Shown one piece after another: positions 18,674-29,900 of a stretch of DNA of 64,000 nucleotides. The stretch is taken from NCBI GenBank assembly GCA_963764625.1, contig CAVXTH010000005.1, positions 96,001-160,000 on the forward strand, read 5' to 3'. Made by a program: the position numbers and the translations under genes. The stretch is from Candidatus Krumholzibacteriota bacterium. Its GTDB lineage: Bacteria; Krumholzibacteriota; Krumholzibacteriia; JAJRXK01. Position 1 is the stretch's first letter. Every line of letters starts with the position of its first letter. The notes under the pieces were generated by a model. The model had not been told where the DNA came from. It saw nothing but the letters and a program-made list of their open reading frames with translations, and made no database searches.

Positions 18674-19951
18674 CTAGAGGTCGCCGGGAAGGCTGTTGCT
18701 CTCGCTAAGAGTCAGGCCCCGCGCGAGCACATCATCCACCTCTTCCACAATCCGGTTGGCCTCGCCGCCGTCGTCGATCCCGTCCAGGTCGCGGCTCTTG
18801 TCCTTCTCGACGCTCTGGCGCTCGAAGGCCGCGATTTCTTCGGCCGTCATCACTCCCGACTCCTTCTCGAACACGAACTCGTCGATGTAATCGACCGTGA
18901 TGAGGTCTCCGCGCACGACTTGGCCGCTCGAGATGAGGTGGCCGATGGGAGTCACGAGCTTGCTCTCGACCGCTCTCCGCAAAGGGCGCGCTCCGAAGCG
19001 CGGATCGTGACCTTCCTCCACCAAGCGCTCCTTCACCTTGGCGCTGACGCGCAGGAGAAAGGGCTCGGTGCAGCCGATGCTGCGGATGTGAATGTCGGCG
19101 ATGAGATTGTCGAGAATCTGGTAGAGATGGGATTCCTTCAGAGTGTCGTAGGTGATCAGCTCGTCGAAGCGGTTGAGGAACTCGAAGGGGAATGTCTTGC
19201 GGGCCTCGTGCAACGCGGCCTCGTGAACGTCTCGGTCCAGCCTCTCCTCGTCGCTGCCGTCGTAGAAGCCGATGTCCTGATGGGAGAGATGTTTGCCCAT
19301 GGCTTCGCTGCCCACGTTGGTCGTGAGCACGATGATGCTCCGGCGGAAATCGACCTCTTCGTTGTTCCCCAGGACCAGGGTTCCGTCCTCGAGAATCCCC
19401 AAGAGCATGCTCCAGAGTTTGGGATGGGCCTTCTCGATCTCGTCGAAGAGAACGAGCGAGAGCCCTCCCTCGTCGTCCTGCAGATGGGAGCCGCCCAGGC
19501 TTTCCTGGAACAGACCCAGACCTTCCTCCAGCGCCTTCTTGTGGTGTCGACCGAGGTTCTCCTTGCAGAGCAGGGGTTTGATCTCACCCCCGACGTAGCC
19601 CGGAGGACTCCCCAGGAGCTTGGAGAGGTTGTAGTGGGCGGAGTACTCCTGACAGTTCACCCGGGTGAAGGCCTTGCGGCTGCCGAACAGGGCCTCGGCC
19701 AGACAGCGAACCGTCTCGGTCTTACCCACTCCGGTCGGGCCCAAGAGCATCATGGTGAGGATTGGACTCTCCGGATCGTGAATTCCCGCCAGCAGACGCG
19801 AGAAAGAGTTGGTGACGGTTTCCAGCGCGCGTGGCTGGCCGACCACCATCTTCTGCATGAGGTCGTGGAACCGGGCGAGTTGGGGATTGCGCTGGCTCGG
19901 ATCGAGCCGGACGCGGTCGTGAACAACGGGGCAGCGTGCCGGTTGGGCCAA
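18674..19951 (-). CDS. Single-domain ClpA/ClpB-family AAA+ ATPase (D2 module only)
   Basis: VVGQ..A, GPTGVGKT, LLGSPPGYVG, LFDEIEKAH, EFLNRFD, FGARPLRR. TTG start at 19951 with GGAGGAG RBS. Confidence 0.85.
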   Translation of the reverse strand: MAQPARCPVVHDRVRLDPSQRNPQLARFHDLMQKMVVGQPRALETVTNSFSRLLAGIHDPESPILTMMLLGPTGVGKTETVRCLAEALFGSRKAFTRVNCQEYSAHYNLSKLLGSPPGYVGGEIKPLLCKENLGRHHKKALEEGLGLFQESLGGSHLQDDEGGLSLVLFDEIEKAHPKLWSMLLGILEDGTLVLGNNEEVDFRRSIIVLTTNVGSEAMGKHLSHQDIGFYDGSDEERLDRDVHEAALHEARKTFPFEFLNRFDELITYDTLKESHLYQILDNLIADIHIRSIGCTEPFLLRVSAKVKERLVEEGHDPRFGARPLRRAVESKLVTPIGHLISSGQVVRGDLITVDYIDEFVFEKESGVMTAEEIAAFERQSVEKDKSRDLDGIDDGGEANRIVEEVDDVLARGLTLSESNSLPGDL

Positions 19952-20042
19952 GGGAATCTCCTCCAAAAGGGCGGTCGAGCCGCAGTCGCTGCTTCCTCGC
20001 CCCCCCGGCGCACGAAGCGACACTCTAGGTACTCCAAGGACA

Positions 20043-20058
20043 TGCAGGATAAAGACCG
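20043..20058 (-). promoter_or_regulatory. Weak putative sigma54 promoter
   Basis: Minus strand CGGTCTTTATCCTGCA, about 92 nt upstream of TTG 19951. Confidence 0.3.
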
Positions 20059-20351
20059 GAAGCGACTACCCGCGCCCTGCCCCTGCGCCACCCTGTCCAC
20101 CCTCGGAGAATCGCGCCATAGAAGGCGAGGAAGGGCTCGCCTCCACGAGGAATCATGAGGACGGCAAAACCCCCAGACCACCGCGAGCTAGGGCCGTAGG
20201 GTACGAAACGAGGGGGCAAAATCGGGGTGTTTTCTTCAGTGTCCCCCTCGCGATCCGCGGCCTGGAGGCTTGCAAAAGGAAAGGGAGTCTCGCATCGCGG
20301 CAAGACTCCCCTGGTGAGAATTCAGCCTGGTGGTAGGTGGTTCGAAGGCCC

Positions 20352-22031
20352 CTATTGCAGGTCCAGATCCTGGAGATACGAAGCGCGGGTTCCCCCCACA
20401 TCCTCCTTGAAACGATCGTCCGAATGAGGGGACACCGGCGAGTGGGCCTTGATGTAGTCTGACAGGGCCTCGCGGGTGAGCATGCCGGTGTAGTTGACCT
20501 TGTCGGGGGGGATCTCGGCCAAGAAGTCCAGGCCGCTGTTTCCCTCCATCAGGAAGTCGCTGGTGATGACCTTGTATTCCTTCCCCGGCACGACGGGAGT
20601 GCCATCGACCAGAGTGAGTTGGAGCACTCGCTTGCCGAGGGGCGCATCCGGATCGACCACTGCCTTCACTCCGCTGTAGGCGATCCCGCTGCTGTTCCGA
20701 CCCGTCTTGCGCTCGAAGATGCGGCGGATCATCGAGCCGTCCATCTGTACCGTAGCCAGGGCGTTCCCGAAGGGAAGCACGCGCATCAGGTCTCCCTCCG
20801 TAATGCGGCCCACGGAGAGATCCGAGCGCAGCCCTCCCAGGTTCGTGAAGGAGAAATCGCCGTCCTGGGCCTCGAGCATGGCCGAGGTCACGAGGATCCC
20901 CATTCGCGAGAGCGGACCACCGTTGCGCGAGAGCTCCACCGCCGAGCGGCCCACCGTCTTGTCCAGACCCTTGCGGGCGTCCGCCACGTAGGGAGCCAAA
21001 TCGTCCGCCATTTCGGGGTCCGGCCAGTACTGATCCTCGAAGAGCGTAATGAGAGTTCCGTCGCGGCGCGGGCTCTCGTACCCCATGAGCTGCTTGGTCG
21101 CGCGGTCGATGAGGAGCACCACGTGTCCGATGGAGGAGCCGTTCCCGAAGGTCTCGAAGACCATCGCCTGCGTCACCGGATCGATCCACGGCTTGCGGTA
21201 TCCACGGTGAGTGTGACCGCCGATGATGACGGGGACTCCCGTGACCACGTGTGCGATGGCCATGTCACCCTCTGCATCGTGCTCGAGATCGTCGCCGGCC
21301 TTCACCCTCTTCTCGAGCTGTTTCCAACCGGTGTCGGGATCGTACGGCAAGCCCTCGTGGATGAGTGCGAAGACCATGTCGACGTGTTCCTTGTTCACCA
21401 GAATGTCACGGTACTTTTCGAGCGCGGGAGGAATAGGGCGGAAATCCAGACCCTTCACGTTCTCATCGAAGGCCATCGATTTGGTGGCGGGAGTGATGGC
21501 GCCGATGATCCCGATCTTGAGGCCGGCCTTCTCCACCACGCGATACGGCACCACCCAGTCGACGAGCTCGTCCGTACCCTCCTTGTAGATGTTGGCGCAG
21601 ACGAACTTCTGATTCATCGCGGCAGACATGCGAATGGGAACGTCCTTGCCCTTGTCGAATTCATGGTTCCCCACCGTGACCGCGTCGTAGTGCATGGTGT
21701 TGAAGTAGGTCTCCATGACCTTGCCCTTGCTCAGAGTTCCCACCGGAGCTCCCTGCCAGGTGTCACCCGCGTCGACCAACAGAACGGCCTGGTTGGGATC
21801 GTGGCTGGCTTCCGCCCTCACTTTCTGTACGTAGGCCGCCGCCGCCGCGCCACCGCCCAGAGGAGGCGGAAAATCGGGGCTCATGAAGCGCGCCGCCTCG
21901 GGCCCGACGTGACCGTGGATGTCGTTCGTCCACAACAGATTCAGACGGATCATCCCGTCGTTCTCGGCCCGCGCGACCGGCGCGAGAAGAGAGCAAAGGG
22001 CGAGGATGAGAAAAAGCGTTTTGGCTCGCAT
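20352..22031 (-). CDS. Secreted bifunctional metallophosphatase / 5'-nucleotidase (UshA-like)
   Basis: Signal peptide; TNDIHGH, DAGD, VGNHEFD, GGHTH metallophosphoesterase motifs; C-terminal N.GGLRSDL...VLPFGN...SDFL..G.SG domain. Confidence 0.92.
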   Translation of the reverse strand: MRAKTLFLILALCSLLAPVARAENDGMIRLNLLWTNDIHGHVGPEAARFMSPDFPPPLGGGAAAAAYVQKVRAEASHDPNQAVLLVDAGDTWQGAPVGTLSKGKVMETYFNTMHYDAVTVGNHEFDKGKDVPIRMSAAMNQKFVCANIYKEGTDELVDWVVPYRVVEKAGLKIGIIGAITPATKSMAFDENVKGLDFRPIPPALEKYRDILVNKEHVDMVFALIHEGLPYDPDTGWKQLEKRVKAGDDLEHDAEGDMAIAHVVTGVPVIIGGHTHRGYRKPWIDPVTQAMVFETFGNGSSIGHVVLLIDRATKQLMGYESPRRDGTLITLFEDQYWPDPEMADDLAPYVADARKGLDKTVGRSAVELSRNGGPLSRMGILVTSAMLEAQDGDFSFTNLGGLRSDLSVGRITEGDLMRVLPFGNALATVQMDGSMIRRIFERKTGRNSSGIAYSGVKAVVDPDAPLGKRVLQLTLVDGTPVVPGKEYKVITSDFLMEGNSGLDFLAEIPPDKVNYTGMLTREALSDYIKAHSPVSPHSDDRFKEDVGGTRASYLQDLDLQ

Positions 22032-22096
22032 GACTTACTCCTGGGGGTGTCCACTGATCATGGGCTTCGTCTGTTCTGTCCCACAAGATAGTAAAG

Positions 22097-23469
22097 CTAG
22101 AAGCTCCGCGAGACCCCCAAGAGAAGGGTCACCATCCCGTCTTCCACTTTCGAGAGGCTCGTCGGCGCCGCGTCGTCCGGGCGATCGGTCCACTGGTAGG
22201 GTTCGATCGAAAATGAAGGCCTGCCGGGAGGTTTGCCGGTGATACTGGAGCGTCACGTCGATCTGGTAATCCGCGGCCTTGTAACCAACTCCGCCGGAGA
22301 AGATCGACCGATTCGACTCGGGATCGGCGTAGTTCTCCAGATAACGGAATCCGAAGCGGGCCGGCACGTTGTTGTAGAAGACGTGTTCCAGACCAAAGCG
22401 CACGTCCCAGGTGTTCGCGGAGGGAACGCTCTGCGAAATGAAGGCCGCGGTCCGATAGCTGTCCGCGGCGATGCCTTCCCAGAAACGGCGCACCACGTCC
22501 ACCGAAAACACGGTGGCCAGTTCATTGCGGGGGCGATAGGTGAGACCGGCGCGGAGCGTGCCGGGGTACTTGATCTTCACGTCCTCACCGCCCACCGGCA
22601 TGACAACCATGCTCTGGTCGTAGGGCATCCACGACTCCGACCGTCGAATCGAATCGAGAGGTGATCGCTCCCTCCACCGTGAACGGCGCCTCGAAACTGG
22701 CACCGAGATCCAACCGCTCGTTCACCGTCCCCGAGGCCCCCACCGTGATTCCCCAGCCCGAGAGCTCGTGCTCGAACGCGGCCGAGCCCGGATCGCTGAG
22801 GAAATTACTCTGATAGATGGGGGTGGTGAGCGTGTTGGCCCGGTGCTTCAGCTTACCGAAATAGCGGTGGACGGTGAGCCCCAGGCGAAGCCGTGGCACG
22901 AGCTCCATGCCGTAGCCCACCGAGATGGAGCGCAGATGCCCTTCGATCTTATAGTCCCGCAGTTGAATCACCGCGTCGCGCGTATCGACGTAAGGTGAAG
23001 GATCACGGATCTCTTCGGAATAGTCGTAGTTGAAGCTGTAGCGGTCGAAGATCCCGATTCCCAGGGTCATGTTTCTCTCCGGCGAGAGCCGGTAGATGGC
23101 CCCTCCCTGTCCGAGACCGTAGCTGTTGCGATTGCTGGCCACGGTGGTGTCGGTGAGGTAGGAGTTGAAGGAGTCGAAGAGCGGTTGGAACCGGTCTTCG
23201 TTGGCCTGCAAGATGCCACCGTTGACTTCGAGCAAAAGGCGGCCGTCCATCTGCGAGAGCATCGCCGGGTTCGCCACCAGACTGGCGCTGCCCAGGTAAA
23301 GTGCTGCGCCCACCGAACCCATGGCTGCCGCCCGCGGTGTGGTGGCCGCGAAAGGCGTTCCAAATGCCGCGTCCAGCGTGGTGAATGCCACCGCCGGATG
23401 AACTGCCGCTACTTGCACCAGTAGAACCAGTGCTAGGACAAGTAGGCTTCTGCGAATCGTGCCACGCAT
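22097..23469 (-). CDS. Outer-membrane beta-barrel, FadL/OmpP1-like; two apparent frameshifts (near 22640 and 22200)
   Basis: Signal peptide and PRAAAMG...NPAML start. Joining frames gives ...KIKYPGTLRAGLTYRPRN...DVRFGLEH...RFGFRY...EDGMVTLLLGVSRSF* (terminal Phe, TAG at 22097). Confidence 0.72.
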
Positions 23470-23479
23470 GGGATACTCC

Positions 23480-26047
23480 CTAGAAGTTATAGTCGAGCTG
23501 GAGACGGAAGGCCGTGATTTCACGTTAGTCGCCCGCGCAGAAGTCGCTGGGGACGGAATTGGCGTATTGGCGAAGTTCCAGATTGTCCCGCGTCCGCTGC
23601 CGGTCGTGCGTCATTTTGAATCGTACGAGCATGCTGTCCGATAGCCGACTCTGCACGAGGAACCAGCTGCGAATACCCTGGCCATCGACCGCGATGAACT
23701 CGTTGTCCTCGAAGTTCCACAGAAAGCCGTCGTAGAGCTCCGTGCTCAAAGTGAACTGGAGGCGATCGTTGACATTGTGAACCAGCATGCCCTGGATGGC
23801 CTGACTGGGGCTGGCGGCTTGAGCCAGAGGAGTGAAATTGCTGCCATCGGGAACGGCCGGGCCGCTCAGGCGCGGACGCGGCGCGAAACTGTGTTGGTGT
23901 TGCTGTAGAGCAGGCGCAGTTCGTCGTAGGCCGTCAGGCGCCCGCGGACCTCGAAGCGTGAATCCCAGCTCTTGAAGCGCCGATTGTCGAAGAGTTCTTC
24001 AGAGGCGCGATCGCTGTAGCGCTGTCGCACGCGGAACCGTACTGGCCACACCGGTGCATACTCCACGCGAAGCGTGTAGCGGCGCTGGCTCTGGCTATCC
24101 GCCTTGCGCACCCACTGGTCGAATTCCAGACCGGAAATGGTGATCTGCCGGCTGATGCGGTAGCGCGTCTGCAGGAAGATGCCACGTTCGGCCTTGGTCT
24201 GTGGGCTGCTCGTCTCGAGCCAGGAATAGAGCGGAGAATTCAGGCGGAACGGATCGGAGAGCAGGGTCTGTCCGTAACGGTTGTCCTCGCCGAACGGCCG
24301 CGCGTAGGGATTGTCGAAGCCCACGTCGTAATCGCGGTAGAGGGCAAAGAGACTCAAGTTTTCGAACTGCGTATAGCCGGTGAACACCATGGCGTCCGGA
24401 GCATTGGAAAGGATGCCGCCATTGGGGTTCGAATCGAGTTTCGCGTATTCCCCCTGGAGAGCCACGTTGTCCACTACGGTCTGGAACTCGGCTCCCACCA
24501 CGCGGCGGAACTTGCCCAGTTGCATGGAGTCGTAGGCATTGAACAGTTCGGAATCCCTGCCGTCCAAGAGATCGGTCCGCGCCACCAGAGTGTTGACATT
24601 GGGATCCCAGGGGAGGTTGTGGTGCGCCTCGTAGCCGGAGAGACCGACGAAAGTGCCGGGCATGATCTCGTAGCGCAACAGGCCGCCGTAGAGCGTTTCA
24701 TCGAATGCACCGCGGCGAATGCCGCTTCCCATCTGCTCGTACTCGTCGTTCTCGAAGCGCGGACTCCCCACGATGTACTTGTTGATGCTCACCGCATCGC
24801 CGTTGGCATCGAAGTTCAGAATCCCGTCCTTCTTGGATCGCTGACGAAACCCAGGAACTGGAAATTGCCCAGCGAAGCCTCGGCCGCGGCTCCTCTGAGA
24901 GCGAACTCGTAGGAACGACTCATGTCCCCCAGGAGTCCCTGCGGGCGCTTGTTGAAGCCCGTCTCCAGTTTTGCGGGCTCAGACAGTAGTCGGTGTTATC
25001 CATGACCAAGCCCTGGCCGAACGCGACCCGAAAATTCCCCAGCACCACTTTGTCGAGCTGGAATCTCTCGGCGTTCTGGTTGCGCCACTCCAGGAAGTAC
25101 TTGGCGGTCTCCGCCAGATTGCGTTCACCCACGTCGCGGAAGGTGCTCACTCCCGCCTTCCACTGCAGCCCCATCCGCAGCCTCAGCTTGGTCAAAACCG
25201 CCGGGTTGGGGCTGTCCAGATGTTTGATCCCATAGGGAGTCTCCTGGTCGAAGATCGGATTCTGGGCGAGGGCATCCGCGGGATGAAAGGTCTCCGTCAG
25301 CACGTCCTTATCATTCAGCAGATAGGGCGTATTGAAGGTCTGAAGCTGCATGCTGCCGTGGAGCTTCAGGTCCGATTCCGGTGGCTCATAGACCACGTAA
25401 TCGCGGAGATTCCGGAACGCCCAGTAGTTCAATCCGTCTACGCTTCTCAATTGGCGCTCGCCTTGGATTTCCCCAGAACGCTCGCGCGCCTTGATGATGG
25501 CGGTCGCGTCCACCGGGGAGACGTTCTGATAACTCTGCAGATCGTAGAGCGAGAGATCGTTGATGTTGCGCGGCTCGAGCAACTGATCACGATACTCGTC
25601 CGCCAACTCTTCACTCGCCCCTTCCTGGCTCAAGAACCGTTGCAGTTGCCGGAACGATTCGTCGTAGCGACGCACCCAATCTTCCTGGGTCTTGGGCGGC
25701 ATCGTCGCGACGAGTGGCAACAGTTCCTTGATCATGGCCGGCGTGACGCCTTCGACGTGTCGCAAGTCGTAGATCGAGGAGAAATAGCTGCGGTAGGTGC
25801 GGTACTCGTAGATGGCGTCGGCTACCTCGGCGGGAATCGGCAGCTTCTTCAGCTGCTCCCGGGTCGCCCGGTTGAGGTCGAGCTTTCCCTGACTCAACGA
25901 TTCGTCGGTCTGGATTTTGCTGGCCTCGATGGCTTCCCGCCGCGAGTCACCCTGTTCGTACTGGGCATGAGAACTCGCCACGGGCAGCAGGCAAAACGCC
26001 GCCGCCAGGAGGAGTCCGCGCCGGATGCTCTTGCGCGGAGCGTTCAC
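23480..26047 (-). CDS. ComEA-like helix-hairpin-helix protein fused to an outer-membrane beta-barrel; at least four apparent frameshifts
   Basis: LDLNRATREQLKKLP...AIYEYR...FSSIYDLRHVEG HhH plus a second HhH. Then VLGNFRVAFGQGLVM, GFNKR..ALRGAAAE, LYRDYD. Reconstructed end is AFRLQLDYNF* (TAG at 23480). Confidence 0.75.
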
Positions 26048-26048
26048 G

Positions 26049-26963
26049 CTACTCCCCCCCTCCCGAGAAGCGATAGCTCAGACCGAATTGATGCGTCGAT
26101 TCGAGAATGCCTCCACCGGTGGAGAAGGCGTAGTCGAGGGTCGCGCCGTGAAAGTGCACCCCAAAGCCGGCGCAGAGCTTGTTGGGATCGGTTTGCAGAC
26201 CCGCCCGGAGATCGAGCACGTCGAGAATGCCGAACTCGGCTCCGCCATGGACGCGAAACTCCTCGCCCACGCGACTGCGGATGTCGAACGCGGTGGTGAC
26301 CTGCTCGTAGGGCTGGTAGCTCACGCCGATGGCCACCTGTTGGATGAGCTCTTCGCTGTCGTCACCGATCGTGGGATTGTTGATGTTCTTGGCGATGAAA
26401 CCGATCTTGGTCCGGTCCCACACCTCCACGATCCCGGAGATGTCCAGACCGGTGGCCCAGGCGTTTCCCGGGTCGATGCCGTTGCTGCCGTCACCCGCCA
26501 GACCGATGCTCTGTCCGAAATCGAGATTGTAGAAGTTCAGAGTCCACCCGACGGCCGCGCCAGAGGCATCGTCCTTGAAGAGCTGGAATCCATTGGAGAT
26601 GGAAACCGTATATTCGCTGAGCAAGCTCGTGCCTTGATTCTCGACTCCCAGGTGCCGAAGGCCGATGGCCACGCCACCCCAATTGCCCGGTAAGGGCATT
26701 GCACCCCCGACCGTGGAGAGTCGGTTGTAGCTGCCGTTGTTGGGCTCGGCCGTCGCCACCGCGGCTTGCGGTGTCGTCATCCAGGGCAACAGCGCGGGGT
26801 TGTTGTAGAAACTCCAAGCATCACCGTCGACGGCCACCACGGCTGAACCCATGGCACGCGCGCGCGGGCTCACGGCCAGATCGTCGAACGCGGCCCAAGT
26901 GCTCGTCGCGACGAGCAAAAACAGCGGCAACAGCAGGAGAATCGGAGTTCGTTTCGCTTGCAT
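26049..26963 (-). CDS. PorV/PorQ-like outer-membrane beta-barrel protein
   Basis: Signal peptide; SPRARAMGSA.VA..GDAWS.YNNPA.L; FIAKNINNP; LRAG; LDYA...L.STHQFGLSYRF. Confidence 0.78.
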   Translation of the reverse strand: MQAKRTPILLLLPLFLLVATSTWAAFDDLAVSPRARAMGSAVVAVDGDAWSFYNNPALLPWMTTPQAAVATAEPNNGSYNRLSTVGGAMPLPGNWGGVAIGLRHLGVENQGTSLLSEYTVSISNGFQLFKDDASGAAVGWTLNFYNLDFGQSIGLAGDGSNGIDPGNAWATGLDISGIVEVWDRTKIGFIAKNINNPTIGDDSEELIQQVAIGVSYQPYEQVTTAFDIRSRVGEEFRVHGGAEFGILDVLDLRAGLQTDPNKLCAGFGVHFHGATLDYAFSTGGGILESTHQFGLSYRFSGGGE

Positions 26964-26976
26964 TGAGCCGTGCCTC

Positions 26977-29900
26977 CTATCGATCCAGGCGTGACGCCAC
27001 GACCACGGGCATCTGCTTTTCGTTGGATCCGTTGCTCCCGGTCGAGCGCGTCTGCAGGTGAGCCACGTAAGCGCCAGCCGGTACGAACTCGCCGAATTCA
27101 TCCGTGCCATCCCATTCGATAGTTGCCCGGTTGTCGTTGAATACCGAGTCGAGGGGTTTCACTCGGCTGTCGAATAAGGTCTTCACAAGGGTCCCATTCA
27201 TGTTGAAGATTCTCAGGATCACTTCACCGTTTTTTGCGATGAGATCGGAGCTGAGGTTGATCGTCAGCGGATAGCGCTCGCCATCGCGCGGAAGGAAGGT
27301 GAAGGGCGGCCCGTCCAGAGTAATGGCGTCCACCAGGAGAGGTGCGAGAGCCGCGGTGATCCCCGGGGCCGCGATGGCGTTTCCATTTAGATCCGCCACT
27401 CCGCTCACGCGTACCGACCAGTTCTCCTCCAGTCCCAAGTTGCGATCGAGGTTGAGCCGGATCCGGGTGGTCGATCCAGAAACGAAAGCGGCGCCGGTCA
27501 CCCCGGCGGTTTCCGAGGGAGAGTTCGTCTGGAACACCTGGTAATTGCTGGAGTTCGTCGCGGAACTCGCTTCGACTGCTTCGCTGAAGTCGATGATCAC
27601 CGTCGAGGCGGTCTCCAGGCTGGCTCGGTCGATCCTGGGCGGCGAGGTGTCACCGGCCTGGCCTTCGAAGATGTCGCTCACCAACCCCACGTTGACCTGA
27701 TAGGTGCTCCCGAACAATCCACCCGCGCCGCGCGCGGTGATCGTGGTGCCCGTGGTGAAGGTGGGCGCATTGAGCGTATCCACCACGCGGACGTCGATCG
27801 GACCCGAGCCGTCGTTCACCGTATAGTTCACGCCGGGGCCTGCGACCGCCTGCGCGGTGATCGGTCCGGAGATTTCGATGAAGGTCCCTTCCCAGTTGTT
27901 GCTGGCCGCCGCACCGGTGGAGAGCTGCGCCGCCGAGGGCCGCGGATTCCCGCCCGACAACAGCGTCACTTCCGTCGGATTTTCGATTTCGACGGTGGTG
28001 AAGTACAGAGAGACCGTTCCCGTCACGCGCACCGCATTCCCTATGGTGCGCGCGGCCGCCACGCCGAAGCCATTGCCGAAGAGATTGATCCCCCTGCCGG
28101 AGGAATCCTGAATGTACCCGGAGGTGGTCGTCCCGCGGTAATCGCTGGGGATGTACACCACGCCTTCCACCGTGACCACTTGACCGTCGTAGTTCGCGGG
28201 ATTGGCCTGGATGGTGGCGATGGGAGTGGCATTGGAGGTGGTGTAGGTGAAGACGGCGGTGTTGCTGCCCGCGATCAGGTTCCCCGCCAGATCTTTTACG
28301 TTGCTCACCGAAACGGTGTAGGAAGTGTCCTCGGTCAGGGAGGACGAGAGGCTCAGCGTGACGTGGCTCCCGTTGAGGGATGCGCCGTTCACCGCGATGG
28401 TATTGGCGGGAGTCGAGGTCTGGAACACCTGGTAGTTGCCCGCGGTCTGGGCCGTCGTGGTATCGAGGGATTCGTTGAAATTCACCGTGACCGAAGTGGC
28501 TGACGAAGCGCTCGCGCCGGTGACGGTGGGCGGAGTGGTGTCGACTCCGCCTCCGGTGGACACGTCGCTGACCAGACCCACGAGCACTTGAAAGTCGGGA
28601 CTGAACTCTCCACCCGCTCCGCGCGCGGTGATGGTGGTTCCAGTGCTGAAGCTCGGCGCGCCCAGAGTATCGACGATCCTGACCACGATCGGTCCCGATC
28701 CGTCATTGACCGTGTAGTTGGTCCCCGGTCCGCCGACTGCCTGCGCGGTGATGGGACCGGTGACCTCGATGAAGGTTCCCTCCCACTGCGAGTTGGCCGC
28801 CGCGCCGGTGGAAAGTTGCACTGGTGAAGGCCGCGAATTGCCGCCCGACAGGACCGCCACTTCTGTGGGATTGGCGATCTCGACGGTGGAGAAGTAGAGG
28901 GAGACGGTGCCAGTCACCCTGATCCGATTTCCCACGGTCTGCGCGGCCGGAACGTCGAAGCCACTGCCAAAGACATTGATGCCGCGACCCGAAGAATCCT
29001 GGATGTAGCCGGAGATGGTGGCGCCACGGTAGTCGCTGGGGATGTACACCACGCCCTCCACCGTCACCACTTGACCGTCGTAGCTGGCGGGATTGGCTTG
29101 AATGTCCGCGATGGAAGTGGCGGAAGAAGCGCTAAAGCTGAAGGTCGCCGTATTACTGGTGCCAATCACACCGCCCTGCGTGTCCTCGACATCGGCCACC
29201 TCGACGGTGTAGCCCACTCCGTCGCTGAGCGAAGAGCCCAGACTGAGGGTGACGCTGGAGGTCGCGGCGCTCACCCCGACCACGCTCAGAGGACTTCCTG
29301 GCTGCGCGGTGGGATAAACCGTGAACGACCCCGGGTCGCTCGCGCTGGCCGCGTCGATCGCTTTGTTGAAATTCACTACCACGGTGGTGGCGTCGCTGGC
29401 CGAGGCATCGCTGACCGCGAGTTCCACCGGCCCCGCGGTGGAGACGTCGGAGAGGGCGCCCACGAGCACCTGGAAAGTGGTGGAGAAGGCCCCTCCCGCG
29501 CCACGCGCGGTGATCGTGGTGCCGTTGCTGAAGCTGGGCGCGCTGAGGGTGTCCACCACCCGTACGTCGATCGGGCCCGAGCCGTCGTTGATCGTGTAGT
29601 TGATACCGGGTCCGGAGACCGCCTGGCTCACGATGGAGCCGGTCACCTCGATGAAGGTGCCCTCCCACTGCGAATTCGCCGCCGCCCCGGTGGTGAGTTG
29701 GACCGGTGAAGGCCGCGGATTGCCGCCCGACAGGACCGCCACTTCGGTGGGATTGGAGATCTCGACCGTGGTGAAGTACAGAGAGACGGTGCCGGTCACC
29801 CTGATCCGGTTGCCCACGGTCTGCGCGGCCGGAACGTCGAAGCCGGTGCCGAAGAGATTGATGCCGCGACCCGAGCTGTCCTGGATGTAACCGGAGATCG

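Noticed and set aside
20160-20240. GGCAAAAC...GAAA...GGGGCAAAA, loosely riboswitch-like
   Set aside because: Pairing is unconvincing and the orientation is opposite to both flanking genes.
20310-20352. GGTGGTTCGAA resembling a tRNA T-loop
   Set aside because: No matching T-stem, acceptor stem or cloverleaf could be built.
22035-26047. Annotating ORF-track fragments as five separate small genes
   Set aside because: Alternative-frame bridges join them into two barrel proteins with terminal Phe residues.
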